A stretch of DNA of 64,000 nucleotides from Tubulanus polymorphus (taxonomy: Eukaryota; Animalia; Nemertea), in assembly GCF_964204645.1 (NCBI RefSeq), contig NC_134034.1:1-64000 (forward strand), read 5' to 3'. The translations under genes and the position numbers were made by a program. The notes under the pieces were generated by a model that saw nothing but the letters and a program-made list of their open reading frames with translations, searched no databases and was not told the origin of the DNA. Positions 38,812-53,200 of this stretch are shown piece after piece (the stretch's first letter is position 1; each line of letters opens with the position of its first letter).

Positions 38812-41790
38812 TTAATACAGTTGCGTGGCAACGAACATCACCGACAATACTGATAGAATGATACTGGTTTGCGCCGCGGACGGAGATGCTACAAACAACA
38901 ACATTCAGATAGATATAAGGTTATTCCTGGCAGTTTGAGCAATAAGGCACTATACGATCTATTATGATCTAATTGTGGAAAACGTCGCTACATTTTGACT
39001 CTTCTGAACTCAAAGCTAAACAATTAACTCGAAACTTGAAAGAATCAATTGCAGCAGTAAACGTAAGGTATGGTTTCCATGGAAACCACGGATGTACCTT
39101 CGTTATATAAACTGACATGATAATAGTCGAATATATGTTCGCGTCAATGGCGGTTGGGGTGTTAATGGGTGTTGGGCTGTTAATGGGGGTTGGGTGGGTG
39201 GGGGGTGTTGGGGTGTTAATGGGGGTGAGGGGGGTAGTTGGCCTGATGGTAGCTACATATGTTGGAAGGTATTCTTCAGATTATCAAACGACGGTTTACG
39301 AGAGAGGCGGATGAGGTTAATATAACTTACATGATAATTGTCCAAAGGCCATTTCCTTGTTACAGAATTTAGCGTGGTAGTAACCGACTGACGACTTAGT
39401 GACATTCATCAAGGTCAACGTGGAGGTCTTCATTTCTCCGGTCATCTACGATACGAAGAAGAGGACAGTTTGATGTTCCAGTTAAGTTAGTTTATTCAAC
39501 ACATGATATGTTATGGGTTCAAATAATGAAAACGGTACCTTAGTGGCTACAGAAGTAATTGTATCGTTCAGCTGTTTCAAATCGTTCTTCTCCAGTTGAG
39601 GATCGGGAACTTTAGAAAAAAACCAGTTGATTTCGCAGAGGTTCTGAGAATCGATCGGATTCGCATAAAACGACGCCACAAACTTCACGTCTGTTCCGGC
39701 AACTAATCTCTGTTTCTTCGGTAGAACTTTCTCGCGTTCCGGTGGATCTGAGTTAAACACATGTTCATAGCGATAGTGTTAAAAAGATTGAATCAGATTC
39801 CGGGGTTAGGGGAATATTGAGCTTGCAAGTGAGGTTACTGGAGGTTTTTGAAAGCCTTGCTCATGATTTAATGGAATTTACTGGAAGTTTCTTGGAATTT
39901 AGTGAAATTTCGTTGATATTTTACTGCAGGTATTTATTGTCAGTATGAGTAATACTTACATTCAAGAGAAAGTATAATAGATTTTGACATAGGAGCACTA
40001 CCATCCGGATTTGACGCTGTACAAGTTATATTTTTATTGTTCAATTCTCCGTTAATGGCATAAAATGGAAAGCCATTTTTCATGATGACGCTGTACCACG
40101 AGAACGTTTTAGTTACTGCGCAGTTTCTGTAATAGACATTCATATAATGTATATATTGTAGTCCACAAGGGAATCACAGGACCGAGTCAAACTAGAAGAC
40201 ACGGCTAGGTTAATCTATGTTAAACTAGGTTAAACTAGCTGAGGGGGTATATATAGTTAACTTACTGGTCAGGACAAGAATCTGGTAAAACATCAGCTGC
40301 TTTCTTTGTTCCATCATTCAAGAGGTTTTTAGACGCAGTTTTCACGCTTACTGAACCGTATGAATTGAATTCGGTTTCTACAACACATTGAAGACTGTCT
40401 TTCGGAGTTGCGGGAACTTGACTCAAATCCAATGATACCTTTTCGTTTTTCCCTATTACAGTCATTTGACTGGTACCTGGATTCTTGAATTGCCATCGAA
40501 CCGAAGTTACAGGTCCTGTAATTATCGTAAATATCAACATCTATGAGCTTAACCTTAGAAAATATGTCTGTTTCGATAAATCCCCCTATGACGTTATCAT
40601 ATAATCGATTGATTCTATTTTAAGAAGAGATACTATGTCGCCGTTTCGTGTAAAGCTGATGCAAATATATAAATCCGTTTTATAGCTAAAACCGATTAGT
40701 GCTACCGAAACAGATGTTCGGGATTTCCGAAAAATGCCGAATAGTTACGAAATAACCCGACGATATAACGCACCTTTGACCGTTAAAGTTTTCCAGTTTT
40801 TGCTAGACTCTCCCTCACACGTGTACTGACCAGCGTCCGTGGCATCGACCGCTACAATAAATACACACACTTTAATTAGATAGCTGTTTGATACGACACC
40901 TGGTGGGATACCGTGTAATTACTCACTTACCGGTGATAGTGAAGATCAGTAAAGTTCCACCCTGTGATGAGTATTCGGAAGGAATTGTACCTTCAGTGAC
41001 GCTAACCTTACTCTGGTATGAACGGGTAACTGTCAATCCATTGCTGATATAAGCGACTTGTTCATCTTTGTTTTTCCGTTTCAAAAAATCGATATTTTCG
41101 GCGGACTTGGCGCTGCTGAACTGTGGTTAAATGAAAAGATATATGAGTTTAATTCCGGACAGGGTTAGGGTTAGCGTTAGAGTCAGAACTATGTCTGATC
41201 TGAGGTCAAACAATCAAGTTCAATTATTATGCAGATGATTGAATTGATGTTTATTTTATTGATTGATACTTACGCCACATTTGAATTCCCATTTACTGCC
41301 GACCTGTACTGGTTTATCAGAAGCCTGTGAGATACTCCAAGCGGCCTGACAAATACCTGAACAGAAAAAAACACAGATAATATTCAACAAACAGAGTAGA
41401 AAACTGGAATCCTCATTAAAAAATGCAATCGAGGAACCGCTAGGTGGCGCTAGTGATGAATTCATACAATATGAACTTAAAACATCAAATAGAAGTTGTT
41501 TCTAAATCTCAGATCAAGCACAAATGGATTAAATGAAGATACGTTAGAAATGTTTAGTGATGATCTACCCGTCGCGGCGCCATCTGGCGGATAATAGGAT
41601 TAAAGCAGATTATCGAGTCAAACATTTTTATGCGACTCGAATAATTTCATAATCGCTCCACATAAATCAAACAGTTGCTTCATTCTAAGCGTGATGTGTA
41701 GAGTAATAAATTCCAATAGTTAATCCTACTTCATTGCAGAGCAGCGCGTTCAACTCCAGTCTGGTGGTGCTGTTAAAAATTTGTGAGAAC

Positions 41791-41830
<40 letters not shown>

Positions 41831-41967
41831 CTGTTGATGAACTGTGGATCCACGATTGACGCATCGTCGTAAAAAGACTGTTGTCAGAATTGATTTGCAG
41901 TCAGATATACTGTGTGAGGGGGATAAATGTATTAACGCGCTCTGATAGGACGATTAACAGTTCATCC

Positions 41968-42023
<56 letters not shown>

Positions 42024-45000
42024 CCACCACCACCACCACCACCACCACCGCCACCACCACCACCACCAGCAACAGCAGCAGCAGCTGCTTTCCTACTATC
42101 AATTGTATCTGGATAGGGAGGTGGATACTCGTATAAGGGTAGGGAGGTGGATACTCGTATCAGGATAGGGAGGTGGATACTCGTATCAGAGTAGGGAGGT
42201 GGATACTCGTATCAGAGTAGGGAGGTGGATACTCGTATCAGAGTAGGGAGGTGGATACTCGTATCAGAGTAGGGAGGTGGATACTCGTATCAGGATAGGG
42301 AGGTGGATACTCGTATCAGGGTAAGGAGGTGGATACTCGTATCAGAGTAGGGAGGTGGATACTCGTAGAACTCATAGAATGGCCGGCACGCCTTGCTGCT
42401 ATTCATATGACTATGAATATATTATCGCTTGCCGGTCGGTCGGGTTTGCGTGTTGAGCTGCTGTTCTGTCAAGTGACGATGGTTGTTCTAATATTTGCCG
42501 ACGTTTGAAGAGTGACACTTGTCCTACTAATATTTATTATTCAAGCACTACAGTTATTGCGGCTATCAGTGAGATACGGGTTGACTAACTGCACCCCGAC
42601 TCTCAGTCAGATCCCATCAGATTCTAGTTTCGTTTTTTCTCTGATCCACATTTTGTTGTTATACATTGAACAACATATATACACGTGAATACATGCAGAA
42701 ATTCAAACACGATAGATTTATATTCGGACGCGATCGAAGTCACGCAGTGGAACAATGCACGCTTTTTTTCCTTGACCCGTTTAATTTCTATACGCGTCTG
42801 ATATGTCACATAAATAATGAGAATAAAAGAATTCTATTCATACTCGTCAGACTGGTTGTTGGCGGTTTGAACTACTTTGCGAGATTCGAATGGGTTTTTT
42901 GCTATTCAAATTCGCTGTTGATATATCGAGACTGATATCGAGACTGTGATAGTGTATGATAGTGTATTATATTGTCTGTGACGCCAATAAAAGCTTTCAC
43001 TTGAAGCTAAACGAGAAACTAAAAATGATTATCGCATCATTTAGATTTCATACAACCTAAATAAACTTCGATCGTTTATGCGGTTGCGAGGAGGAGAGCG
43101 CTAGTTCATTAACAGGACAATAGACATTAGACATTGTTTTTTAAGGACAATCCGTGATATTTATCTGACGTATTTTATAAAAACTTGTTTGAATTATAAA
43201 TGATATGTAAATGTATTCGTAACAGTCGCTATTGTTGCATCCCCGGTAACTATGTGTACAGATCTATTTCAAAAGGTGCGGTTTATGTGGAATAATAGAG
43301 TAATTCAAACATGAGGGGTATTTTTTAGGTTAATAACGCCACTCGGTCGGTTTGTACAGAGTGACACAGACTCGCTGTGTACTCTATATTCACAGCATGT
43401 ATTAATGCTTAATTGACCAAATAAAAACCGACTATTATCAATAGGAGCGAAATAAAAATCACATCAGAATTATTTGTGTGATGTTGTTATTAGATTCCGT
43501 AATCGTGACACATTAAAGTTAGGGTTCGGTTTAACTGGGTTATTCCATCCACAGTTCCACAGTTCCACAGTACTACACCCAGTTCCACAGTTTTCTGAAC
43601 TCAATTCTACAGCACACTCAGTTCCACAGTAAATGTGTGCGAATATGTAGTAAATTTGATATTCAAAAATGAAAACCGTTCAGGTGAATATATACGGATC
43701 TGTCAGATTCTAGTCGCTGCTGCTCGTTGCTGCTCGTTACTGCTGCTCACTGCTGCTCGTTACTCTGCTCGCGAGTGATGTGATTACGAGTAAAGAGATT
43801 TTCTAACTGTCATTAGGAGCTGATCGATAATCCGTCTCTCGATCACGCGATACTCCCACAGCGCCGCCGGTTTAATCTGCGGTTAGAACACCGTAGCTGC
43901 GTGAAGGCCGTCGCCGCCAAGGTCGTAGGTCAGATCAGGCGCGTCGTTTCCTCCTCCAGCTCCTCCTTTCCCCCCCCCCCTGCTCGCCCGCTCTGGGATC
44001 TCTGTTTATTTGTTCCATGTAGCAAAATGTTTATCATTGCTTTGATGTTGTTGAAGTTTAAATGCGGCTATAGCTACATGTATTAAAACAGTCGTAGCAG
44101 CAGCAGCGGGAACCCCGCTCCTGGAGGGGTTCAACAATAACTGTGTGGATCTAAGAGGTCCATGCCTGACGGTGATAACAATATCCACCCTATTTAATCC
44201 ACGCTGTAGGCGCTACCCACCCAGTCAAAGTTCCACCCTGTATCCACCCTGTAGGCGTGCTGCTGTGTGAAAACAGCAAATAAAAAATCAAATATGATCA
44301 GAAAGAAAAGATCGATTCCGTGATGAAAACATGTGTCGATTTATATGTGAGCGCCGCGCGGTAAATGTAGATTTCACAGCAGATAGGGTATTAAATAATA
44401 AACCAAGCGGGTCTGTCTAGGACACCGGGGATCTGTCTAGGACACCGGGGATCTGTCTAGGACACCGGGGATCTGTCTAGGACACCGGGGATCTGTCTAG
44501 GACACCGGGGATCTGTCTAGGACACCGGGGATCTGTCTAGGACACCGGGGATCTGTCTAGGACACCGGGGATCTGTCTAGGACACCGGGGATCTGTCTAG
44601 GCCACCGGGGATCTGTCTAGGCCACCGGGGATCTGTCTAGGACACCGGGGACCGTTGAGTTGTTGAGAACATGGACTAGTTATCATAACACTAAATGCCG
44701 CTGGTTTAGCCTTATTGGTCTAGTTAAGCAGTTTAAACTAAGCAAGATAACACAAGGCTATGTTTTAGTGTTTGTACGCGTGAAAAGGGACAGTTTTTAT
44801 TGAAAAAGGATTTTGAGATCTGATTTTTTCGTTACTCAACTTAAAACAACATCTCGTTTATAGTTTTTATGACGTTAAACTCAATAATAAGATATTTACA
44901 AGACGGGATGATTCTCAACAATATAGTTTGACTATATATAAACAGTTTAACTTTAACGCCACCCCCGAAACCAACAGATTTTCGAATACTACAGAGAATA

Positions 45001-45055
45001 ACTTACCCGAGCATGAAACCAGTGCTAAAACTGTAGCTGCAAAAATCGTATCCAT
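38812..45055 (-). CDS. Multi-exon immunoglobulin-superfamily cell-surface protein, probably GPI-anchored
   Basis: Signal-peptide exon 45055-45007 (MDTIFAATVLALVSCS), exons 41356-41274, 41120-40931, 40851-40774 (DAGQYTC), further Ig-like exons 40516-39330, hydrophobic tail IILSVLSVMFVATQLY*; some internal boundaries uncertain. Confidence 0.72.
41971..42086. repeat. (CAG)n/(CAC)n microsatellite, intronic
   Basis: Direct reading. Confidence 0.9.
42111..42367. repeat. 26-bp minisatellite
   Basis: AGGGAGGTGGATACTCGTATCAGAGT repeated ~10 times. Confidence 0.9.
44412..44651. repeat. 20-bp minisatellite
   Basis: TCTGTCTAGGACACCGGGGA x12. Confidence 0.92.
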
Positions 45056-46409
45056 ATTGATTAGTGTTTCACGACCGAGCTGCCTGTATTCTGTCACTGT
45101 GTGTCTCACTGTGAGTACAGTGCGGCTTGTGACGCGTATCGCGGGCGCGGTCTCGACGCGCACGCGCGCGCTGGTCGCACCGCGCGTACACTACAGAGAC
45201 ACCACAGAGAGACACCAGCTGATTTACTTTTCTAAAACAGATTAGGTTAAATTTCGAGGTTTCAGTTATAGCTTTACTTGAACCCTTACTTCTTTAACCC
45301 TAAACATAAACAAGGGTACGGTTGTCACTTCGAAATACATATACATCTATAGCGACAGCACTGATTAGGTTACTTAACATAGTTTTAGAGTAGAACAGAG
45401 TTTAACTGAAACAAGGTTATATAGGTTTAGTGATGTGGAATTCGGTAAGGGTTAGGGTTAGATTTCAACTCGTACGCCGAAAGCCATCATTCTTTCCAAT
45501 GGCCCGATCCAGGAGCCTGATCAGATTCCCAAAATAAGTTTCGCCTTATTTTCTGGGTTCAGCAAGGCCTGTCATAATCGAAACGAAAACAATTCAATTC
45601 AGTTTCTACAGTCATTAGTTATCAATATCAATTACCAGTGGTTGGATTATCCCCCGTCGCTGGTCACGTTCACTTTTCGTCGAGAAAGCAGCCCTGGAAA
45701 GCGTGCATCGGATATCTCCACCCATGCGCCATCTAACGGAACGCACTAGCGTACGCGGTATCAATTATTCGTTCTCGAACCCATCTAACCGCAAAACGAA
45801 TCAACATTTATTTCATTCAAATTGTTTATTCTTTCATTAGAAAAACAGATAGTTTAATTCGTTATAAACACAAGGAAAGATTCCATAAAATACACAAATT
45901 CCGTCGTCGGAGCAGCCCCGAGTTAGTCAAAGAGCACTGCAATCCGTCCGGTGCTGCCATCTGGAAGGTTTATACTGATGTAGTTAATTACGTATCGGCT
46001 TCAGTAACCTCTTTACCTCTGAAGAAAGGTAAAAATATCAATCGAATTCTAAATTTGAAGTCACTATTTATAGAACAAACAGTCGTAGTTTGAGTAAATC
46101 TTGGTCTAATGATTATTTATTCTCCATAAATTTGTAAATTTACGTTTAAATCGGGGTGATGGGTAGTCTGTGTCTGTTCCTTCCGTTTGAAAAAGTTGAC
46201 AGTGAAAGTCCCGAAAATTGAAACAATGATATTTCACTCTGTGCGAACCTGCAGAGTATCAACTAACAAACACACACCTTCCTGCCCCAATTATACCCGC
46301 AGTATTTAGCGCCAGTGACAAAATGAAGATAATGTAACGCACATCACCAGGATTCGAACCCGATTTGATGTGCTGGTGAAGTGAGTATTGAAAGGCTCTG
46401 GAGGAGTTT

Positions 46410-47045
46410 GGGGGGGAGGTGAGCGGGCTAGGAGTAGAGCGTTATCTAATTGTCTAACACTTATCGATGTTTTGTAGATGGCAGCCCCAGGGTTAGGGTT
46501 TGGGGGGGGAGGTGAGCGGGCTAGGAGTAGAGCGTTATCTAATTGTCTAACACTTATCGATGTTTTGTAGATGGCAGCCCCAGGGTTAGGGTTTGGGGGG
46601 GAGGTGAGCGGGCTAGGAGTAGAGCGTTATCTAATTGTCTAACACTTATCGATGTTTTGTAGATGGCAGCCCCAGGGTTAGGGTTTGGGGGGAGAGGTGA
46701 GCGGGCTAGGAGTAGAGCGTTATCTAATTGTCTAACACTTGTCGATGTTTGTAGATGGCAGGCCCAGGGTTAGGGTTTGGGGGGAGGTGAGCGGGCTAGG
46801 AGTAGAGCGTTATCTAATTGTCTAACACTTGTCGATGTTTTGTAGATGTCAGCCCCAGGGTTAGGGTTTGGGGAGGAGGTGAGCGGGCTAGGAGTAGAGC
46901 GTTATCTAATTGTCTAACACTTATCGATGTTTTGTAGATGTCAGCCCCAGGGTTAGGGTTTGGGGGGAGAGGTGAGCGGGCTAGGAGTAGAGCGTTATCA
47001 AATTGTCTAACACTTGTCGATGTTTTGTAGATGGCAGGCCCAGGG
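46410..47045 (+). repeat. ~92-bp tandem repeat x7 containing a splice acceptor, ATG and GGGTTAGGG
   Basis: The last unit supplies the real acceptor/ATG of the downstream gene. Confidence 0.88.
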
Positions 47046-48724
47046 AAAACTCCAATAGGATATTTACAGGAAGTCTGCTCTAAACGTGGTATAACCCCGA
47101 CGTATGATCTGGTAGCCACTGAAGGAGCGGTCCATGAGCCTACATTCGTCTTCAGATGTACAGCAGGGGACTACCAAGCTACTGGCAAAGGTAACGAACA
47201 ACAGCGCCACCACACGTCTCGTCGTAAGGAGGCGGAGTCTGTTTAATTGTTGTATCGTTTTTTATCGACAGGTCCGAACAAGAAGAAAGCCAAACATGAA
47301 GCAGCTATGGCTGTTTTGGGGACAATGTTTGGAACAACGAACACAGCTGAAAAACAAGGGTAAATCATTCATATATACCTCACAGGGGGAGGGTACCTGA
47401 AACCTCACAGGGGTCCCCTACGAGTCCTTGATTCCTTTAATCTTCTAAATGGAAAATGCTTTTCAAGGTTCCTAAACTCCTTCAATAATAATTGGAAAAT
47501 GTAAGGACCCTGTTGTAAATCAGCTGAATTATGATCTTTGTAAACAGCCACCAAGTCGCCACCTATCAGCGATAACTCACACTAATGGTTGTATTTTCAG
47601 GGTCGCAATCCCTCAAATCCCACAGATTAGCGATGACGGTATCCCAGGTAACCCGATCGGTCAACTTCAGGAACTCACGCAGAAAAAGAAATGGGCGCCC
47701 CCTATATACGAGTTTGCACAGGAACAGGGACCGGCTCACAGTCGCGAGTTTGTCTGCATCGTGAGACTGTTTAATAAGATTAAAGAAACAGGTGAGTGTT
47801 TTAACCATGAGACACCGGGGGTCAGTGGACCCGAGACACCGGGGGTCAGTGGACCCGAGACACAGTGGACCCGAGTGAGTCTAGTCTACTAATCCGTGAG
47901 TGTTAAACTTCTAAAACCAGGGTGACTTAATGTCTAAATGTGATCTCGAGTATTTTCACTCGTCCTGTTGTAAGATTAAATGAGTCTAATCAATTGTATT
48001 TATTTTATTTAGGTCTCGGCAAATCGAAGAAAAGCGCGAAACGTAAAGCTGCGTTCAGCCTCCTACAGCGGATTAATCAGGGTATAAACCTGACAGCTGA
48101 GGATATGGAACCTCCCGAAGAGTTTGACGATGATACGGTCCCTCTGATGGACGCTAAGGGCTCGTATACGGCTCTGAAAGAAGGCAGACGAATCCCGACT
48201 ATCACGCCTCACGCTAGTAAACAGATCGGTCAATTCTACGCTAAAATGAAGAATTCTAACGGTAAATACCTGATAGCGCTTCATCAGAAACAGTTAAACA
48301 CACCTGCTTCTAATTACTGTCAGATGTTACAAGAGATCGCTGAGGAACAACGTTTTGAGGTGACTTACGTTGACTTACAGGAACAAACTACTGATCCATC
48401 GGGAAAAAAAGGTGAATATTTCATCAGTGAAGAGGGAGAGGGAGACTACTCATCGACCTAGTTCATTAGATAAGGGCTTGGGCGGCTATGTGGGCACATC
48501 CAGGGACTGTCGGGCTCGATTAAACAGAAAGTGCTATGGGTCGATACTCTATAATGAACTGTATTAATAATTTGTATATTGTAGGAATGCGTCAATGTTT
48601 GGTTCAGTTATCTACGATGCCCGTAGCGGTGTGCCACGGCTCCGGGCCGCACACGGATGACGCACACGCTCGTGCCGCCCAAAACGCTCTTCACTACCTG
48701 AAAATAATGACGAAAAAGGCTTAA
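47031..48724 (+). CDS. TARBP2: TRBP/PACT/Loquacious-family three-dsRBD protein (RISC-loading subunit)
   Basis: Exons ~47031-47190, 47272-47358, 47602-47791, 48013-~48395, 48585-48724; KTPIGYLQE, GNPIGQLQE, SKKSAKRKAA, QCLVQLSTMPVAVCHGSG..AAQNALHYLKIM; symbol is family-level (TARBP2/PRKRA/loqs). Confidence 0.88.
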
Positions 48725-49732
48725 TTCGAAAATGGCCTCGATTAGTTAGAAAAGTAACCCAACTTCAGACACCAGAAAATTCAGTTCGTTCATCAGCAGA
48801 AATGTAATAAAACCTGCTTAATTCTGATAAACGGAAATAGAATCCGTATTAGATCAAAATACAGGTTAAACTGATCTGGATTAGGTACAGATTAAACTGA
48901 TCTGGATTTGATACAGATTAAACTGATCTGGATTAGATACAGATTAAACTGATCTGGATTAGGAGGGTTTTTCACTATTCTCTCCAGAGTAGTGTCGGTG
49001 TACATATGATAATTATACAGAAATGGTTCCTGGATTCACTGAATCGCACTGGATTCACTGAATCGCACTGGATTCACTGAATCGCACTGGATTCACTGAA
49101 TCGTTGTAAATCATGTGTCAATTGATGTTTCTTATTGAATTGGAATTAATGTTTTAATTATTGTGTATGTCACACACATGATGCGCTTGTGACGCCCCCT
49201 ATAGTATGTATCTTATACTAATTGCTTGTAACATTTTGTTTATCGCCCAAGTTTTAAGATATTTCATTTGAAATGTGTTCATTTTTTGTGGCGCTAAAAA
49301 AATTCATTTTCTGTAAATAATTGATAAATAAACATCGAAAATAACGAGTCATTTCTTAGTTTCTGTTTTATTGGCACTTCATCTCGAGGCTCGTCACCTC
49401 GAGGTCACGCCCCTTCGGGATGCAAGTTGTGCTTCCTTTTTGGGCCTATGCGAGATAATTTGGAACAACTGTCGATTCCCCTATACTTGTAGTAACTAAC
49501 TATTCTATCCATACCAGTGAACAATAGAGACACCCAGCTACCGGTCTGAGTCGAGGAGCACTCCACGAGATGATGCTAATACAGAGTTCTGTTATCCCCC
49601 TCTGGCCCTAAACCATCTACATTAATAATTAAATAAAACGATATACGTTGTTTTTTTTCAGTAATCAATAATCGTTTTATTCGTAAAAAATTCACAATAA
49701 AATTCTACCCGTCTCAAACACTAGCCGTGAGT

Positions 49733-49921
49733 ACACCGGACAGGGATAAAGCGGCTAACCATAAACACCGGACAGGGATAAAGGGGCTAACCATAAACAG
49801 CGGACAGGGATTAAACGGCTAACCATAAACACCGGACAGGGATAAAGCGGCTAACCATAAACAGCGGACAGGGATTAAACGGCTAACCATAAACAGCGGA
49901 CAGGGATTAAGTGGCTAACCA
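49733..49921. repeat. ~32-bp minisatellite
   Basis: ACACCGGACAGGGATAAAGCGGCTAACCATAA variants x6. Confidence 0.85.
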
Positions 49922-50261
49922 CACGTGACTTCCTGTTCGTAGCCACGCGGAAAAAACTTATTCCATATCTTAAAAAATAATAACTTGATACTGCCATTTA
50001 TCAAAACAGTGGGAAAAATAGAGTTCAAAATTCTTCCGAAGGGCCCTAAGAGAACCGATAGTGCAGGTGGGTAGCCACAACCCGGCGGGTCGGTCGCCGC
50101 CGTGGCGATTACTCAGCTTAGCAAAAACAAGACGTACAAGTTATTACCGGATATTGATAGGCAGCGCCATCTTTATTCTATTCGAAAACAGAAACTGGGA
50201 GGTTCCCCGAAACCACAAATGGACAGATTGACAAACTCAATCCCGCTGCGATAGAAATGTT

Positions 50262-53200
50262 TTATTTTTTTCGATATTTATCCTTGATGAATTCTATCGT
50301 CGCTCGGTATCCAAGCTAAAAATAGAACATATAATTGAAATAATCGATGTAGGTAGCGCGGTTCGTGCAGGTGCGCGTTCGCAATCATGTTTAACTCACG
50401 TTTATTATGTATTTTTGATCTTCCATTTCCAAATCAAAATCAGTAGTTTTTAGGTAGTCAGTGTAAATCGGGATCGTCCTTTCTTCGTCAGATTTCTGCA
50501 TTTCAGAAGAAGAAATAAAACAGTTTTAGCCAGAGATAGAGATCATCGTGCAGGGTTCCACAGTCTGGGGCAGGGTTCCACAGTCTGGGGCAGGGTTGCA
50601 CAGTCGGGGGCAGGGTTCCGCAGTCTGGGGCAGGGTGTCCCAGAGGTTAGATTATAGGACAGGCTTCCCAGGAGCAACCCGTCCCAGGAACAACCCATCT
50701 TAGCTAATTACTGATTGAGATATTTTAGGCTTCCCAGGAGCAACCCATCTTAGCTAATTACTGATTGAGATATTTTTACCTTTGCGATATTTGCTCTTAG
50801 ATTGAATTCTATAGAGCTGTATATTTTAGCGAAAAAGTCGCTGATATTTCCAATTTCATTACACGCAAAAAACGACTTGGTTCCGTCTAATAGTGTTACA
50901 CCTTTCTTTTGTATAAACCATATCAGTTCATCGTAGGAGATCTATTAGAAAAAAAGAGTGAGATTGATGACGCATTCTGATTGATTGCTACCGTCAGGAT
51001 TCGAACCTACTTCAAACAGCACCTACATTTCCATCATTGTTTAAATCAATATCCTGAAACATGGCGTCGATATCTCTCTCCTGTCCAAACAGCGCCACCC
51101 AGTGGTCGTTTGTGAAAACAGTTCTCTAGAATAATGATAAACGGAAGTAGAATCAGCGCACATGTTGTAACATGTTAAAACTTTCAGTATTCAGTCATGG
51201 TCCAGTGCCCAGTCATTGTCCAGTGCCCAGTCATTGTCCAGTACCCAGTCATTTCCTAGTGCCCAGTGATTGTACAGTCACCAGTCATTGTCCAGTGCCC
51301 AGTGATTGTACAGTCACCAGTCAATGTCCAGTGCCCAGTGATTGTCCAATGCCCAGTCATTGTCCAGTACCCAGTCATTTCCTAGTGCCCAGTGATTGTA
51401 CAGTCACCAGTCATTGTCCAGTGCCCAGTGATTGTACAGTCACCAGTCAATGTCCAGTGCCCAGTGATTGTCCAATGCCCAGTCATTGTCCAGTACCCAG
51501 TCATTTCCTAGTGCCCAGTGATTGTACAGTCACCAGTCAATGTCCAGTGCCCAGTCATTGTCCAATGTACAGTAAGCGCCATTAAGTGCCTTACAGTGGT
51601 TAGAATTCAAATTTATCTCAATTCTATAACGCGGAGGTTTTTGATTGACGACTGCAGCTACTGGTTTTACTGGTTAACAACAGACCCTCGACTGCCAGAG
51701 GTTACCTCATCCAGTGCAACTCGTAACTCATCGATATCTATCTGTCCGTCTCCGTTTTTATCCGCGGCCGCGAGAACTTTCAGAAACACTTTCGCTGCTT
51801 CAGAAACTTTACTCCGTTCGATCGTGATTTTAGAATTTTTCTCCAACATCGATTTCCGTTTCCTACGAAAAGAATTGACAATGTATTATATAAAAGTTAC
51901 TGCGGTAATCGAGGATCCGCTAGGTGCGCTAGTGTACACAATACCTCATTAATCGAGTTTCTGGTCGTTTCGGAATCGAATTTTGCCATTTCAACCAAAT
52001 TTCCTTCGACAATTCCGGTTCCTCGATATCAAACTGTAGTCAAAAATCAATAATCAACGTATGTAGGCACATCAATGTGACACCTGAGGAGGTGCGCGGT
52101 AAATACAGCTGATTGAAGAAGGGGTGTGGCTACGGGCAGCTGATTGACAGAACTCCAAGTGAACGTCGAGCGTCACTCGATGTTTAAGTGGCTTGTTGAA
52201 ATTCACGGTGTATATATATATATTACACCGGTGCTGGGTGCGACAGTCACGAGTGAATACATACCAAAATGGCGCCTATTGATTTATTATTGATTTGCCC
52301 GAAAGGAGCTTCCGGTGAATCGATCATGTGCAGAAATGAATGTTCCTTTTTCAAACTCAAATACCAGCCTATAAATTCAACAACAGAAAACTCGTTTCAG
52401 TGACTGTTTTATAGCTAGTTTTTAAACTCTTACCGTCTTACCATCGAATGCGTTGATTGGATAGTTTAGAAGTATTCCACCATCTGAGTAGTACTCCTCG
52501 TGATTGAGCTGCTTGCTGTAAACAATCGGCTGATAAACAACTGTAAAATACGGAATTCGAAACTTCATTTATTTGAAAACTGCACATTTTACCAGGAGGA
52601 GGCCTATCATATATAAATATGTTTGATTGAATTTGAAACAGCTGAACAGACTTGAACACTGCGAATCACTCTCTGAAACCTAATATATATTTGAAGTATG
52701 GAGTCGAAAATAAAAAGGTAATATATTCCATGGTGCCAGTTGTGATAATTACGTGGTAAAGCCATAGACATCAATACAGCTTTGTAAATAGGTAAATCCG
52801 GGGTAGTTTTAACGTGACAATATTCAATTCTCATCGAACTAACATTAGTTACTACGATACACAGTTCTTTACCAGTTTTCTTGTAAAACTGAAATAGAAA
52901 CAATAATCAATTACTGTCAAACTCCGTCATGTCCATAAAGTTCTACCCCGATTTTACATTAAAGCGGCCATCTTGGATTTTGATGAAGGAAGAGTTTATC
53001 AAGATTTCCTCCAAGTCTCACGTGACAGCCACTTGTTCGTCACGTGGTATTTCAAATACTGCGAGGTGTGATTTTTCTTACCTCGGTAAAAGTGATTTCG
53101 GGATCGTGCTGTTTGTCTTGAAGAATTTGGTGAACGAAATCACGGATGTTTTCGCCGGCGTTCCAACCGAATCGAGTTAAAATATTGGGTAAAAATGAAA

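Noticed and set aside
47031-48724. Functional link between the RNAi cofactor gene and the adjacent retroelement array
   Set aside because: Only proximity supports it.
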